A DNA stretch of 64,000 nt from Kiritimatiellia bacterium (GTDB lineage: Bacteria; Verrucomicrobiota; Kiritimatiellia; UBA8416; JABMPJ01), in NCBI GenBank assembly GCA_030745755.1, contig JASLOA010000034.1:10071-74070 (forward strand), given 5' to 3'. The notes under the pieces are model-generated. The model saw nothing but the letters and a program-made list of their open reading frames with translations. It made no database searches and was not told where the DNA came from. Below are positions 1 to 8,519 of the stretch, piece by piece. How positions within the stretch are numbered: the first letter of the stretch is position 1; every line of letters starts with the position of its first letter. Position numbers and translations under genes: made by a program.

Positions 1-1247
1 TCCTTCTGTCCGTAGTCCTTCGCCAGTGCCCAGAGCGCGAGGCGCAGGCCGACATCCTGCTTGTTGCGCGGGTGGATGTCTTTGGCTTCGCCGATATCGG
101 TAATAACCGCCATGCCGACATTGGGGATAGTCAGGCACTGGCTCTGGGCTTCACGAGTCTTGGCCCAGCCGTCGCCGCCGGCAGGGGCATCAGTGGCCTG
201 CTTGAAGTTGGCGAGCTGCACGAAGTAGAACGGAAACGCGCCTTGGTTCCACAGTTTGCGCCAGCCGCCGATGAGGGCCTGCTTCTTGTGGAAGTAGGAG
301 ACACCCTCGCCGCCGTTGGACTCGCCCTGGTACCAGATGGCGCCGCGGATGGCATAAGGAATGAGCGGGTGAATCATGGCGTTGTAGATGCGCGTGGGAT
401 CCTGGTGGCTGCCGCCGACACGCGGGGGAGTGGGCAGGGGGGGAGGGCACTGACCCTCAGCCACCTTCGTCTTCGCTTCGGCGCTCCAGGTATCTACCTT
501 TGCAATGAGTGTCTCATAGGCCGCCTTGCCGACCGCGGTGCCTGGCAGTGTGGCGTCCACCCGTGCCGAGATGTCGCTCAGTTCGGGGATGGCACGGAAC
601 CCGACCGGTGGCGTCCAGGGTTCAACGCGCGTGCCGCCCCAGTTGGAGCCGATCAGGCCGATCGGAATGGCGAGTTCGGCGTGGAGCTTACGGGCAAAGA
701 AGTAGCCCACGGCAGTGAAGCCACCGGCGGTCGAAGGGGAGCACACCTGCCATTCGCTCTTGAGATCGGCGAGTGGAACATCTGTTGCGACATGACCCAC
801 CTTCATGTGGCGAATCAGCGGGAAGGTGGCGGCAACGATCTCCTCCTTGCTGTTCTTGATCCCGCTCATGGTCCATTCCATGTTCGATTGACCGGAGCAG
901 ATCCATACTTCACCGACCACAACGTTGGCGAGGGCGACCGGCTGGCCGCTTTTGGATGACGCTTTCAGAACGCGTCCCTCACCCGAGGCCGGCATCGCCG
1001 CCAGCTTCACCATCCATTTCCCGTTCGCGCCGGCCGTGGCCGAGACGGACTGACCGCCAAACGCAACCGTGACGACCTCACCAGGATCAGCCCAACCCCA
1101 GACCGGTACCTCCATCTCGCGCTGCAAGACCATGTTATCCGTGAAGAACCCCGGCAGCCGCGGCGCGGCCATGGCGGTGGTCGTGATCAGAAGTCCCACC
1201 AGGACGAAGCGGGAGAGACGGCGATGTGAGACGCGGATGCGGTTCAT
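1..1247 (-). CDS. sialate O-acetylesterase family protein (3' end runs off window)
   Basis: Not in the ORF track; read manually on the minus strand. ATG at 1247 follows AAGGAG; signal-like N-terminus MNRIRVSHRRLSRFVLVGLLITTTAMA, then FTDNMVLQRE, GEVWICSGQSNMEW, GAIWYQGESN and DIHPRNKQDVGLRLA, which are SGNH/SASA esterase motifs. Confidence 0.9.
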   Translation of the reverse strand, partial: MNRIRVSHRRLSRFVLVGLLITTTAMAAPRLPGFFTDNMVLQREMEVPVWGWADPGEVVTVAFGGQSVSATAGANGKWMVKLAAMPASGEGRVLKASSKSGQPVALANVVVGEVWICSGQSNMEWTMSGIKNSKEEIVAATFPLIRHMKVGHVATDVPLADLKSEWQVCSPSTAGGFTAVGYFFARKLHAELAIPIGLIGSNWGGTRVEPWTPPVGFRAIPELSDISARVDATLPGTAVGKAAYETLIAKVDTWSAEAKTKVAEGQCPPPLPTPPRVGGSHQDPTRIYNAMIHPLIPYAIRGAIWYQGESNGGEGVSYFHKKQALIGGWRKLWNQGAFPFYFVQLANFKQATDAPAGGDGWAKTREAQSQCLTIPNVGMAVITDIGEAKDIHPRNKQDVGLRLALWALAKDYGQK

Positions 1248-1289
1248 ATGGAGCTCCTTTGTTCTTATGGTCCGGGCCCGTCAAGGGGT

Positions 1290-1320
1290 GGTAGGGCGCG
1301 GCGGGACGCCACGCCCTACC
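1290..1320. repeat. GTAG-type REP-like palindrome
   Basis: GGTAGGGCG-cggcgggacgcca-CGCCCTACC inverted repeat. Confidence 0.55.
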
Positions 1321-1428
1321 ATCTGTTGCTGCCCCGTGTCGGACAAGATCTCGTTACTGCTGTGAAATGACGAGCCCAAGGTAGCTGGTGGGCGGACGGC
1401 ACACAACCCCTTTTGCTTTCTCTTTTCC

Positions 1429-1644
1429 CTGGACTATCCCCACTTCTTCTAGACCAACACTCTGGAAACGCTAGTAAACAAAGGCCTATCTTTCTTCAGG
1501 ATCTGGTGGAGCCAACGGACCAAGTTGAAGGAGGAGATGCCTCGGCTACGCTCGGCATGACAGAAAACGCTAAGGAACTGTCATCCCGAGCGAAGCCGAG
1601 GGATCTCCTATGTCTCAAACTTCCAGAAATTGGGGAATGTCCAC
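1429..1644. mobile_element. MITE-like element family I, copy 1 (216 bp) carrying a REP hairpin doublet
   Basis: Ends CTGGACTATCCCCAC...TTGGGGAATGTCCAC, flanked by 9-bp direct repeat CTCTTTTCC (1420-1428, 1645-1653). Same ends and same length as 51315-51530. Confidence 0.8.
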
Positions 1645-1793
1645 CTCTTTTCCCTATTGTTGAAAGGTGAGCCGGATGGTATCATTCCGGGTGTTGTGAG
1701 AAGACTGTACAAAGCGATGCACCTTGCACTGGCTGGCTGGATGAGCCTGGTGGGGCTTGTTTCCGGTGTCAGCGCATTCTCCTTTTTTAGCAG

Positions 1794-2210
1794 ATGAATA
1801 CCGCAATCCATAGATTAGCTGTTTGGCCTCTGGTGGTTCTTCTTGCCCTACAGGGGAGCTTGTGTTTCTGTGGCCCCTTGTGTGATCTGCAGGCTGAGTC
1901 AGCACCTTCCGTGGCTACTGAGTCAGCACCGTCAGGGTGTGGGTGCTGTAGTGAGAACGATGCTGAGAATGCCTCACAGGCGGACGATGCTTCCTGCTGT
2001 AGCTGCTGTGCGGAATCACCGTTGGAGGAAATGCCAGCCGGTGAATCAGTAGTCTTCCAAAATATCCTCAATCCTCTCTTTGATTTGCATGGCAAGGGTC
2101 AGACGATCCAAACAGTGCATATCCCTCCTTCCGGAACAGAGTCGCTGACGCGTGAGTTTGCGCAACAAGGGCGGCACTGCTACCTGCGCTTCGAAGTCCT
2201 GAGAGTCTGA
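1794..2210 (+). CDS. small Cys-rich exported/membrane protein, candidate metal-responsive leader peptide
   Basis: Hydrophobic N-terminus, CFCGPLC/GCGCC/SCCSCC clusters and a HIPP motif near the C-terminus; lies directly upstream of the exporter operon. Confidence 0.65.
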   Translation: MNTAIHRLAVWPLVVLLALQGSLCFCGPLCDLQAESAPSVATESAPSGCGCCSENDAENASQADDASCCSCCAESPLEEMPAGESVVFQNILNPLFDLHGKGQTIQTVHIPPSGTESLTREFAQQGRHCYLRFEVLRV

Positions 2211-2291
2211 TACCCTCCGTTCGATCGGTATCTGGATTCGATTTCTTTTGGCGGACCCTAGAGTTCCGCTGCATTCAAACAGGACTTCACC

Positions 2292-3593
2292 ATGGAAAAT
2301 CAAACAAAACCCTCGGTGCCAGAGTATCTGGCCGCGCCGCAAGCTGCGCAAGCAGGCGGGCAGACCGCGCCGCAAGCAGGCGGGTCAGAGGACTTACGCG
2401 GGCGGCACGCGCGAGGTCGATGGCGAACGCTGCTTCTGAGCGGCACACTGCTGCTGGGGATGCTGGCTGCGCTCTGGCTGGTTTTTCGTGATCAGCTTAC
2501 GGTTGCCATTCCCGTCGATGTTGGCACCGTGATCCTGCTGGAGCGGGAGGGCTCGGGAACTGCGACGGCTGTATCTGGCGAGCGTGAGCTGCTCTTCCAG
2601 GCGTCCGGCTGGCTGGAGCCTGATCCCTGGCCTTTCAATAGTGCCGTTCTGACGGATGGCTTTGTTCAGGACGTCTTCGTCAGAGAGGGCGAAGCGGTCA
2701 CGAACGGCCAGGTCCTGGCGCAACTTGACCCCGCCGATGCTACGTTGGCCAAACGGCACGCTGAGGCGGGTGTTCAGCGAGCAAGCGCGAAGCTCGAAGA
2801 GGCTCGGGATTCGTGGCAGCGTATCGGGGCCCTTGCTGAGCGTGACACAACGGCTTCTGAACGTACGGCAGCCGAGCAGGCTCTGGCTGCCAGAGTGGCA
2901 GAGCTGTCGGCTGCGAGTGTGGAACTTGAAACGGCGCAGTTGGCGCTGGACCGTACCGTCATCCGGGCCGACCGGGACGGCATCGTATTGCGGCGCTTCG
3001 TGGAGCCGGGGCAGAAGCGGCGGGCGGCGATGGATGATCCGAACAGTGCTGTGATTGTGTCCCTCTTTGATCCACAGCATCTACAGGTACGTGTCGATGT
3101 CCCGCTGGCGGAAGCAGGGCGGCTCTTTATCGATCAGCCGACGCGTGTTTCGACGGCCATGCTTCCCGCTGGCCTGTTCACCGGGCGCGTGACTCGCATT
3201 GTCGGGCAGGCCGATATCCAGCGGAATACGCTTCAGGTTAAAGTGGCCGTGATAGACCCGGATCCTCGCCTGCGTCCCGACGTGCTGTGCCGCGTCGAAT
3301 TCTGGAGCGATGCCAGTGATTCTGGTGCCGGAGACGAGTCGGCAGATCGCCACGCGCTTTGGATTCCCGAGGCAGCCCTGCAGGATGAGGACGCAGCGGA
3401 ACAGAGTGTATGGGTGGTCGACCCGATGTCGCAGCGTGCCCACGAGCGGGCCATTCGGGTGTCGCGCACAGAGTCCCATGGATACCGGCTGTTACTGGAC
3501 GGTCTGCGCGCTAATGAAACCGTTGTCCTTGGCGAAACCGTCGCCCTTGAAGAGGGGTGCCGCGTCAGGAGAAAGACAGATAATGAACGATAA
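2292..3593 (+). CDS. efflux periplasmic adaptor (MacA/HlyD-type membrane fusion protein)
   Basis: Single TM segment, lipoyl-like halves (VFVREGEAVTNGQVLAQLD; VIRADRDGIVL), coiled coil and beta-barrel (LQVRVDVP). Confidence 0.9.
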   Translation: MENQTKPSVPEYLAAPQAAQAGGQTAPQAGGSEDLRGRHARGRWRTLLLSGTLLLGMLAALWLVFRDQLTVAIPVDVGTVILLEREGSGTATAVSGERELLFQASGWLEPDPWPFNSAVLTDGFVQDVFVREGEAVTNGQVLAQLDPADATLAKRHAEAGVQRASAKLEEARDSWQRIGALAERDTTASERTAAEQALAARVAELSAASVELETAQLALDRTVIRADRDGIVLRRFVEPGQKRRAAMDDPNSAVIVSLFDPQHLQVRVDVPLAEAGRLFIDQPTRVSTAMLPAGLFTGRVTRIVGQADIQRNTLQVKVAVIDPDPRLRPDVLCRVEFWSDASDSGAGDESADRHALWIPEAALQDEDAAEQSVWVVDPMSQRAHERAIRVSRTESHGYRLLLDGLRANETVVLGETVALEEGCRVRRKTDNER

Positions 3594-4281
3594 CAGTAAT
3601 AGCATTATTCGCTGCCATAGACTTACGAAGCACTACCGCAAAGGCCAACGGACGGTTACACCATTGCAGGCTCTGGATCTGCATGTTGTGCCGGGGGAGT
3701 ATCTTGCTCTGATGGGGCCGTCAGGTTCCGGGAAGACAACGCTACTCAACCTTGTGGCCGGTATCGACTCACCCAGCGAGGGAACGCTGGAGGTGTGCGG
3801 CCAGGACATTACGCGACTGTCGCGGGGCCGGTTGGCCCGCTGGCGTGCGCATCATGTTGGCTACATCTTTCAGCTCTACCATCTGGTACCCGTGTTGACC
3901 GCGTTTGAGAATGTTGAGCTGCCACTGTTGCTGGACGACATGTCCCGGCGAGAGCGGCGCGAACGTGTGGAAAGCACACTGGCGTTGGTTGGACTCGATG
4001 ACCGTATGCACCATTTTCCGCGTGAGCTCTCCGGAGGGCAGGAGCAGCGCGTTGCAATCGCCCGGGCACTGGTCGCATCACCGGAATTGCTGGTGGCTGA
4101 CGAGCCGACCGGGGACCTCGACCGTGAAGCTGCTGATGCCGTACTGCAACTGCTGCACGGGCTTTCTGCCGATCATGGCAAGACCATTGTGATGGTGACG
4201 CACGATCCGCGCGCCGCCAAAGCAGCCGACCGGGTATTGCACCTGGAGAAGGGGCGTCTGCTCGAACAGGAGACCGCATAG
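3583..4281 (+). CDS. ABC transporter ATP-binding protein (MacB/LolD-like)
   Basis: Walker A GPSGSGKT, signature [22 protein letters not shown] and VTHD. Start reassigned to ATG 3583, overlapping the upstream gene end. Confidence 0.95.
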   Translation: MNDNSNSIIRCHRLTKHYRKGQRTVTPLQALDLHVVPGEYLALMGPSGSGKTTLLNLVAGIDSPSEGTLEVCGQDITRLSRGRLARWRAHHVGYIFQLYHLVPVLTAFENVELPLLLDDMSRRERRERVESTLALVGLDDRMHHFPRELSGGQEQRVAIARALVASPELLVADEPTGDLDREAADAVLQLLHGLSADHGKTIVMVTHDPRAAKAADRVLHLEKGRLLEQETA

Positions 4282-4283
4282 CC

Positions 4284-5435
4284 ATGCTTGCCAAAGCTCT
4301 CAGATTGACCGTCCTCGCGACGAAGCAGCTCGTACGTCATCGTGTGCGGACGTTGCTTACGCTGTGCGGCGTGGCTTCCGGCATGTTCCTGTATACGACG
4401 GTTCAGACTATGCAGCATTCGCTGGACAAGGCCACACGCATGCGCGCGGCCGATACGACGCTGGTGGTTTACCGCGAGAACAGGTTCTGTCCCGAGACCA
4501 GTCGCCTGCCGGAGTTCTACGAGAACGAAATCCGCAGCATTCCCGGTGTACGCGAAGTGATCCCCATCAAGGTTACGGTCAACAATTGTGGGGCCAGCCT
4601 TGATGTCATCACATTCCGCGGTGTTCCGCAGAAGCAGTTGGCGCGCTACGCTCCGGAGATCAAGATCATCGATGGATCGCTCGACAAGTGGGCGTCTCGT
4701 GATGATGGTGCCCTGGTCGGGAAGCATCTTGCCGCTAAGCGCGGGCTTAAGCCCGGCGACGCGTTCGAGGCCGTCGGCGTTCGGGTCATCGTCTGCGGCA
4801 TCATTGATTCGCCGCTTCCGCAGGATAACAGTGTGGCCTACGTCCATCTGCCGTTTCTGCAGCAGGCTTCGCGACACGGATTGGGTGTTGTCACACAGTT
4901 CAATGTCCGCGTGAACTCAAGCGAGGACCTGGATCCGGTGGCGGAGGCGATTGATGCCCGTTTCCGAACCGAGACGGATCCCACTACCACTCAGCCTGAG
5001 AAGGTGTTTCTGGCGCAGACGGCGAGCGAGCTGATCGACCTCATTGGTTTCACGCGTTGGATTGGCTTGGGCGCGGTGTTGGCGGTGCTGGGGCTGATTG
5101 GCAATGCCGTTCTACTCGTTGTGCGGGGACGGGTTCGGGAGAACGCCGTGTTGCAGACCGTGGGGTTTCCCGGCCTGGCGGTTGGCTACGTGGTGCTGTC
5201 TGAAGGCGCCCTTTTGGGGGCGGCCGGCAGCATCGTTGGGGCCGGACTCGCAACGGTGTTCCTGTCGTGGCGCAGTTTTACGTTCGGGAATGAGGGACAG
5301 ACCCTGGCACTTGTACCCAGTGCAGGGCTCTTTGTGACCGGCATAGGTCTCGCTCTGCTTCTGGGAATGCTGGCGGCGCTCTGGCCGGCATGGGTGGCGA
5401 TGCGCAAACCCATCGTAGAAAGCCTGAGGAGTTAA
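4284..5435 (+). CDS. ABC transporter permease (MacB/FtsX family)
   Basis: R..RTLLT N-terminal TM, large periplasmic domain, RxRExAVL..VGF motif and three C-terminal TMs. Confidence 0.9.
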   Translation: MLAKALRLTVLATKQLVRHRVRTLLTLCGVASGMFLYTTVQTMQHSLDKATRMRAADTTLVVYRENRFCPETSRLPEFYENEIRSIPGVREVIPIKVTVNNCGASLDVITFRGVPQKQLARYAPEIKIIDGSLDKWASRDDGALVGKHLAAKRGLKPGDAFEAVGVRVIVCGIIDSPLPQDNSVAYVHLPFLQQASRHGLGVVTQFNVRVNSSEDLDPVAEAIDARFRTETDPTTTQPEKVFLAQTASELIDLIGFTRWIGLGAVLAVLGLIGNAVLLVVRGRVRENAVLQTVGFPGLAVGYVVLSEGALLGAAGSIVGAGLATVFLSWRSFTFGNEGQTLALVPSAGLFVTGIGLALLLGMLAALWPAWVAMRKPIVESLRS

Positions 5436-5439
5436 CGTC

Positions 5440-6591
5440 ATGTTGCCAATAGGATATGCTATACGAAACCTCTTCCGGGACCCCGCACGTCTGCTGCAGA
5501 CCGTACTGGGGAGCGGGCTGGTCGTACTCATGGTCATGGTTGCCGCCGCCATTAACGGTGGCATGAAGGATGTACTCTCCACATCAGGCTCTCCCGACAA
5601 CGTGCTGTTGCTGGGGGCGGGCAGCGAAGAGAGTGTGCTGCGTAGTGAAATCGCCGAGCGCGCGGCAGGTATTGCCGAGGCAAGCCTCACGGGGGTGGGG
5701 GCCGTTGCCGGTGTACGCGCCATCTCGCCCGAGGTGCACCAGATGACGTTCATAGCGGTGGACGAAGGCGAGCGCCAGCAGGCGTTTGTGCGGGGCGTTA
5801 CGCCCCGGTCACTGCTGGTCCATCGTGGCATGGTGATGCAGGAAGGGCATTTCCCTAAATCGGGTGAGATTATGGTCGGAAGACTGGCCTGGAAGCGGCT
5901 TGGACTGAGCGCTGACGATCTGCGTCCGGGAAAGAGGATTGTTGTTGAGGATGTGTCGACAACGGTCTCCGGTGTCTTTGTCGCACCGGGTACGGTTATG
6001 GAGTCCGAGGTATGGATGCCGCTTGGTGATCTGCGTTCGCTGTCGCTGCGGGAAAACCTGAGCTGCGTCGTACTGCGACTGGATGAGGGTGAGTTCAGTG
6101 ACGTGGATCTCTTCACGAAGCAACGCCTCGACCTGGAACTCGCCGCATTGCGTGAGAGTGACTACTTCGCCCGCCTGTCGGCCTTCTATGCTCCCGTACG
6201 GGGTATGGCCTGGATGACGGCGATTCTGATCGCCACCGGCGCCGTGCTGGGAGGATTGAATACGCTCTATGCGGCTTTTGCGCCACGAATCCGCGAGATC
6301 GCTGCTTTGCAGGCGATTGGCTATGGGCGAGGCCCGATTATGTTCTCGCTGGTACAGGAGTCCACCATGGCGTGCCTATGTGGAACCGTGTTAGCTGCGC
6401 TGCTGGCACTCTGGGTGGTGGATGGCATTACCGTCTCGTTTTCGATTGGCAGTTTTGTGCTGCGTGTTACGCCGGAGGTCGCCGCCTTTGGACTGTGCAC
6501 CGGCCTTGCCCTCGGTGTGCTCGGGGCGGTGCCTCCGGGGTTACGCTGCCTGCTGCCGCCGCTGCCCAGTGCTTTGCGGTCGGCAGGATGA
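5440..6591 (+). CDS. ABC transporter permease (MacB/FtsX family), second subunit
   Basis: YAIRNL start, RIREIAALQAIGY motif and four-TM layout. Confidence 0.9.
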   Translation: MLPIGYAIRNLFRDPARLLQTVLGSGLVVLMVMVAAAINGGMKDVLSTSGSPDNVLLLGAGSEESVLRSEIAERAAGIAEASLTGVGAVAGVRAISPEVHQMTFIAVDEGERQQAFVRGVTPRSLLVHRGMVMQEGHFPKSGEIMVGRLAWKRLGLSADDLRPGKRIVVEDVSTTVSGVFVAPGTVMESEVWMPLGDLRSLSLRENLSCVVLRLDEGEFSDVDLFTKQRLDLELAALRESDYFARLSAFYAPVRGMAWMTAILIATGAVLGGLNTLYAAFAPRIREIAALQAIGYGRGPIMFSLVQESTMACLCGTVLAALLALWVVDGITVSFSIGSFVLRVTPEVAAFGLCTGLALGVLGAVPPGLRCLLPPLPSALRSAG

Positions 6592-6647
6592 AGGTCGTGA
6601 ATTGAACTGGATAATCAATACCGGGAACTAATAGAGGAGGATGAGAG

Positions 6648-7178
6648 ATGAAGACAGTGATGACGTTGGCGATGTGTGCTGGAATCTGCCTGATGGCCGC
6701 CTGCGGGAAGCAGGCTGAGCGGCCAAGCGCGGCACCTTCTATTGCAACACCGCGTGCCTTTGTAGCGGTGGAACCGGCGGGGAAGCCGACACCAATTCCA
6801 GAGGTGCGGAAAACGGCTAAACCCGGGGACGAGGTGCTCCTGAAGGGGCGTGTCATGGGGGTCCGCGATCCCTTTGTAGAGGGGCGGGCTGTCTTCGTGC
6901 TGGGTGACAACGATTCGATAACGCCCTGCAATGAAATGGGGTCTGAAGACCATTGCCCGCTGCCTTGGGACGCATGCTGCGACCCGATTGAGGCACGGAC
7001 GGCTGGTACGGCCACTATTCAGCTGCTTGGCGATGGGGGCAACGTGCTGCCGCACGGACTCAAGGGAGTGGGTGGATTGAAAGAACTCAGTAGCGTTACC
7101 GTCAGTGGCGTCGTCGCCCCGATGGCGACGGCCGAGGCCCTCATGATCAATGCAACGGCTGTCTACGTGGCTGAATAG
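6648..7178 (+). CDS. lipoprotein with Cys cluster, probable OB-fold
   Basis: SD GAGGAGG, lipobox-like LMAAC and CNEMGSEDHCPLPWDACCD motif. Confidence 0.8.
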   Translation: MKTVMTLAMCAGICLMAACGKQAERPSAAPSIATPRAFVAVEPAGKPTPIPEVRKTAKPGDEVLLKGRVMGVRDPFVEGRAVFVLGDNDSITPCNEMGSEDHCPLPWDACCDPIEARTAGTATIQLLGDGGNVLPHGLKGVGGLKELSSVTVSGVVAPMATAEALMINATAVYVAE

Positions 7179-7189
7179 AGGGGGACAAC

Positions 7190-8506
7190 GTGATTTCGGT
7201 ACGCTACATAGCGATTCTGTCGCTCGCCACAGCACTCTGTGCAACGGGAGGTGAGAGTGTGTCCAGCTGGGGGACGTTGCTGGGGAACCCAACGTTGGAC
7301 GACTGGATCCATGCTGCACTCACCGATGCCTCCTCTCTGGATGTTTCGCGGGCTGAGCTGCGCGTTGCCGCGGCGAACGGCCGCGCGGCACGTGCTGCTG
7401 GGCGGCCGACACTCGACGCACGCATGGACTTGCGTGAAGGGCGTCGCCGCAACTTGATGACGGGAGGTGTGACAGACGACCTTGACCCCATAGCGGCTGG
7501 CGTTGACGCCTCGTGGGAACTTGGTCTGTTTGGCCGGATCAGCTCGGCGGTCAACGCTGCGGAGTTTGCCGAGCTGGCCGGGGAGCATCACCTCCGGGAT
7601 CGTGAACTGGCGTTGGCTGCGGAGGTCGCCCAGCGTTACGTCGAGGGGCACTGCTTCTCAAAGCATCTCGCGATTCGTGAGGCGGCGGTTGCGGCCAACC
7701 AGGCGATTACCGACTACCTGGCCGGCAGGGTTGCTGCGGGACTGATGCGCCCCCAAGAGCAGGAGGCAGCTGACGCGGCGCGTTTGCTTGCTGAGCGGCG
7801 CGTTGCGGAGGCGCGGGAGGAACTTGGGGCTCTTGATGCGCGATGGCGCTACTTGCTGCCGAATGAGTCGATTCCGAGCGTAGGCTCAATAGCGTGTCCG
7901 CTGCCGGAGCCTCTGCCGGAGGTCCCGGACGGGAGTGCCCTTCATACCTATGTCCTGAGCCGGCCGGATGTGCAGGCCGCAGACGCGATATGGCGCGGGG
8001 CTGAGCAGAGCACGCAAGCAGAGGCGCGCGATCGGCGACCGGTGCTGACGGCCATCGCCTCCGTGGAGGGGGAGGGGCCCTCGCCGACGGAGAATCCGGA
8101 TGAGTGGATGGCATGGGCCGGGATACGTCTATCGCTTCCTGTTCTCGCCCCGAAGGCGGGCGCTGCCTTGAGGTCACGGCGCGCCGAGGAGGACGTTAAG
8201 GCCGCGCTCTACAATGAGACCGTGCGCCTGGGCCTGCTCGATATTCGTGAGGCCTTCGTTAAACGTGTTCACGCCGAGAAACGCTGGCAGGCCGCAAAGC
8301 AAGAAGCCATGCAACTCAGAGCGTCGCTTGAGTCGGCCGAGCGGCAGTATGAGCAGGGGCTTGAGTCGATCACCGTCCGTGAAAACGCCCGTCTCCGTTG
8401 GCTTCATGCCGATGAGCGGCGCCTACGGCTGCACGCCCTTGCCCTTCAGCGCCACATTGCCCTCGTGCGTGCCTGTGGCGGCCCCGGATTTGACCAGGGG
8501 GGATGA
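7190..8506 (+). CDS. TolC-family outer membrane efflux protein
   Basis: Signal peptide, ASWELGLFG motif, RPDVQAA and Ala/Glu-rich helical repeats; last gene of the exporter operon. Confidence 0.88.
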   Translation: MISVRYIAILSLATALCATGGESVSSWGTLLGNPTLDDWIHAALTDASSLDVSRAELRVAAANGRAARAAGRPTLDARMDLREGRRRNLMTGGVTDDLDPIAAGVDASWELGLFGRISSAVNAAEFAELAGEHHLRDRELALAAEVAQRYVEGHCFSKHLAIREAAVAANQAITDYLAGRVAAGLMRPQEQEAADAARLLAERRVAEAREELGALDARWRYLLPNESIPSVGSIACPLPEPLPEVPDGSALHTYVLSRPDVQAADAIWRGAEQSTQAEARDRRPVLTAIASVEGEGPSPTENPDEWMAWAGIRLSLPVLAPKAGAALRSRRAEEDVKAALYNETVRLGLLDIREAFVKRVHAEKRWQAAKQEAMQLRASLESAERQYEQGLESITVRENARLRWLHADERRLRLHALALQRHIALVRACGGPGFDQGG

Positions 8507-8519
8507 TTGATTGGATGGC

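Noticed and set aside
72..959. 295-aa plus-strand ORF
   Set aside because: Antisense shadow of the minus-strand sialate O-acetylesterase, which has clear family motifs.
3310..3582. N-terminal extension of the ABC ATPase given in the ORF track
   Set aside because: It overlaps the adaptor gene out of frame; the domain starts at ATG 3583.
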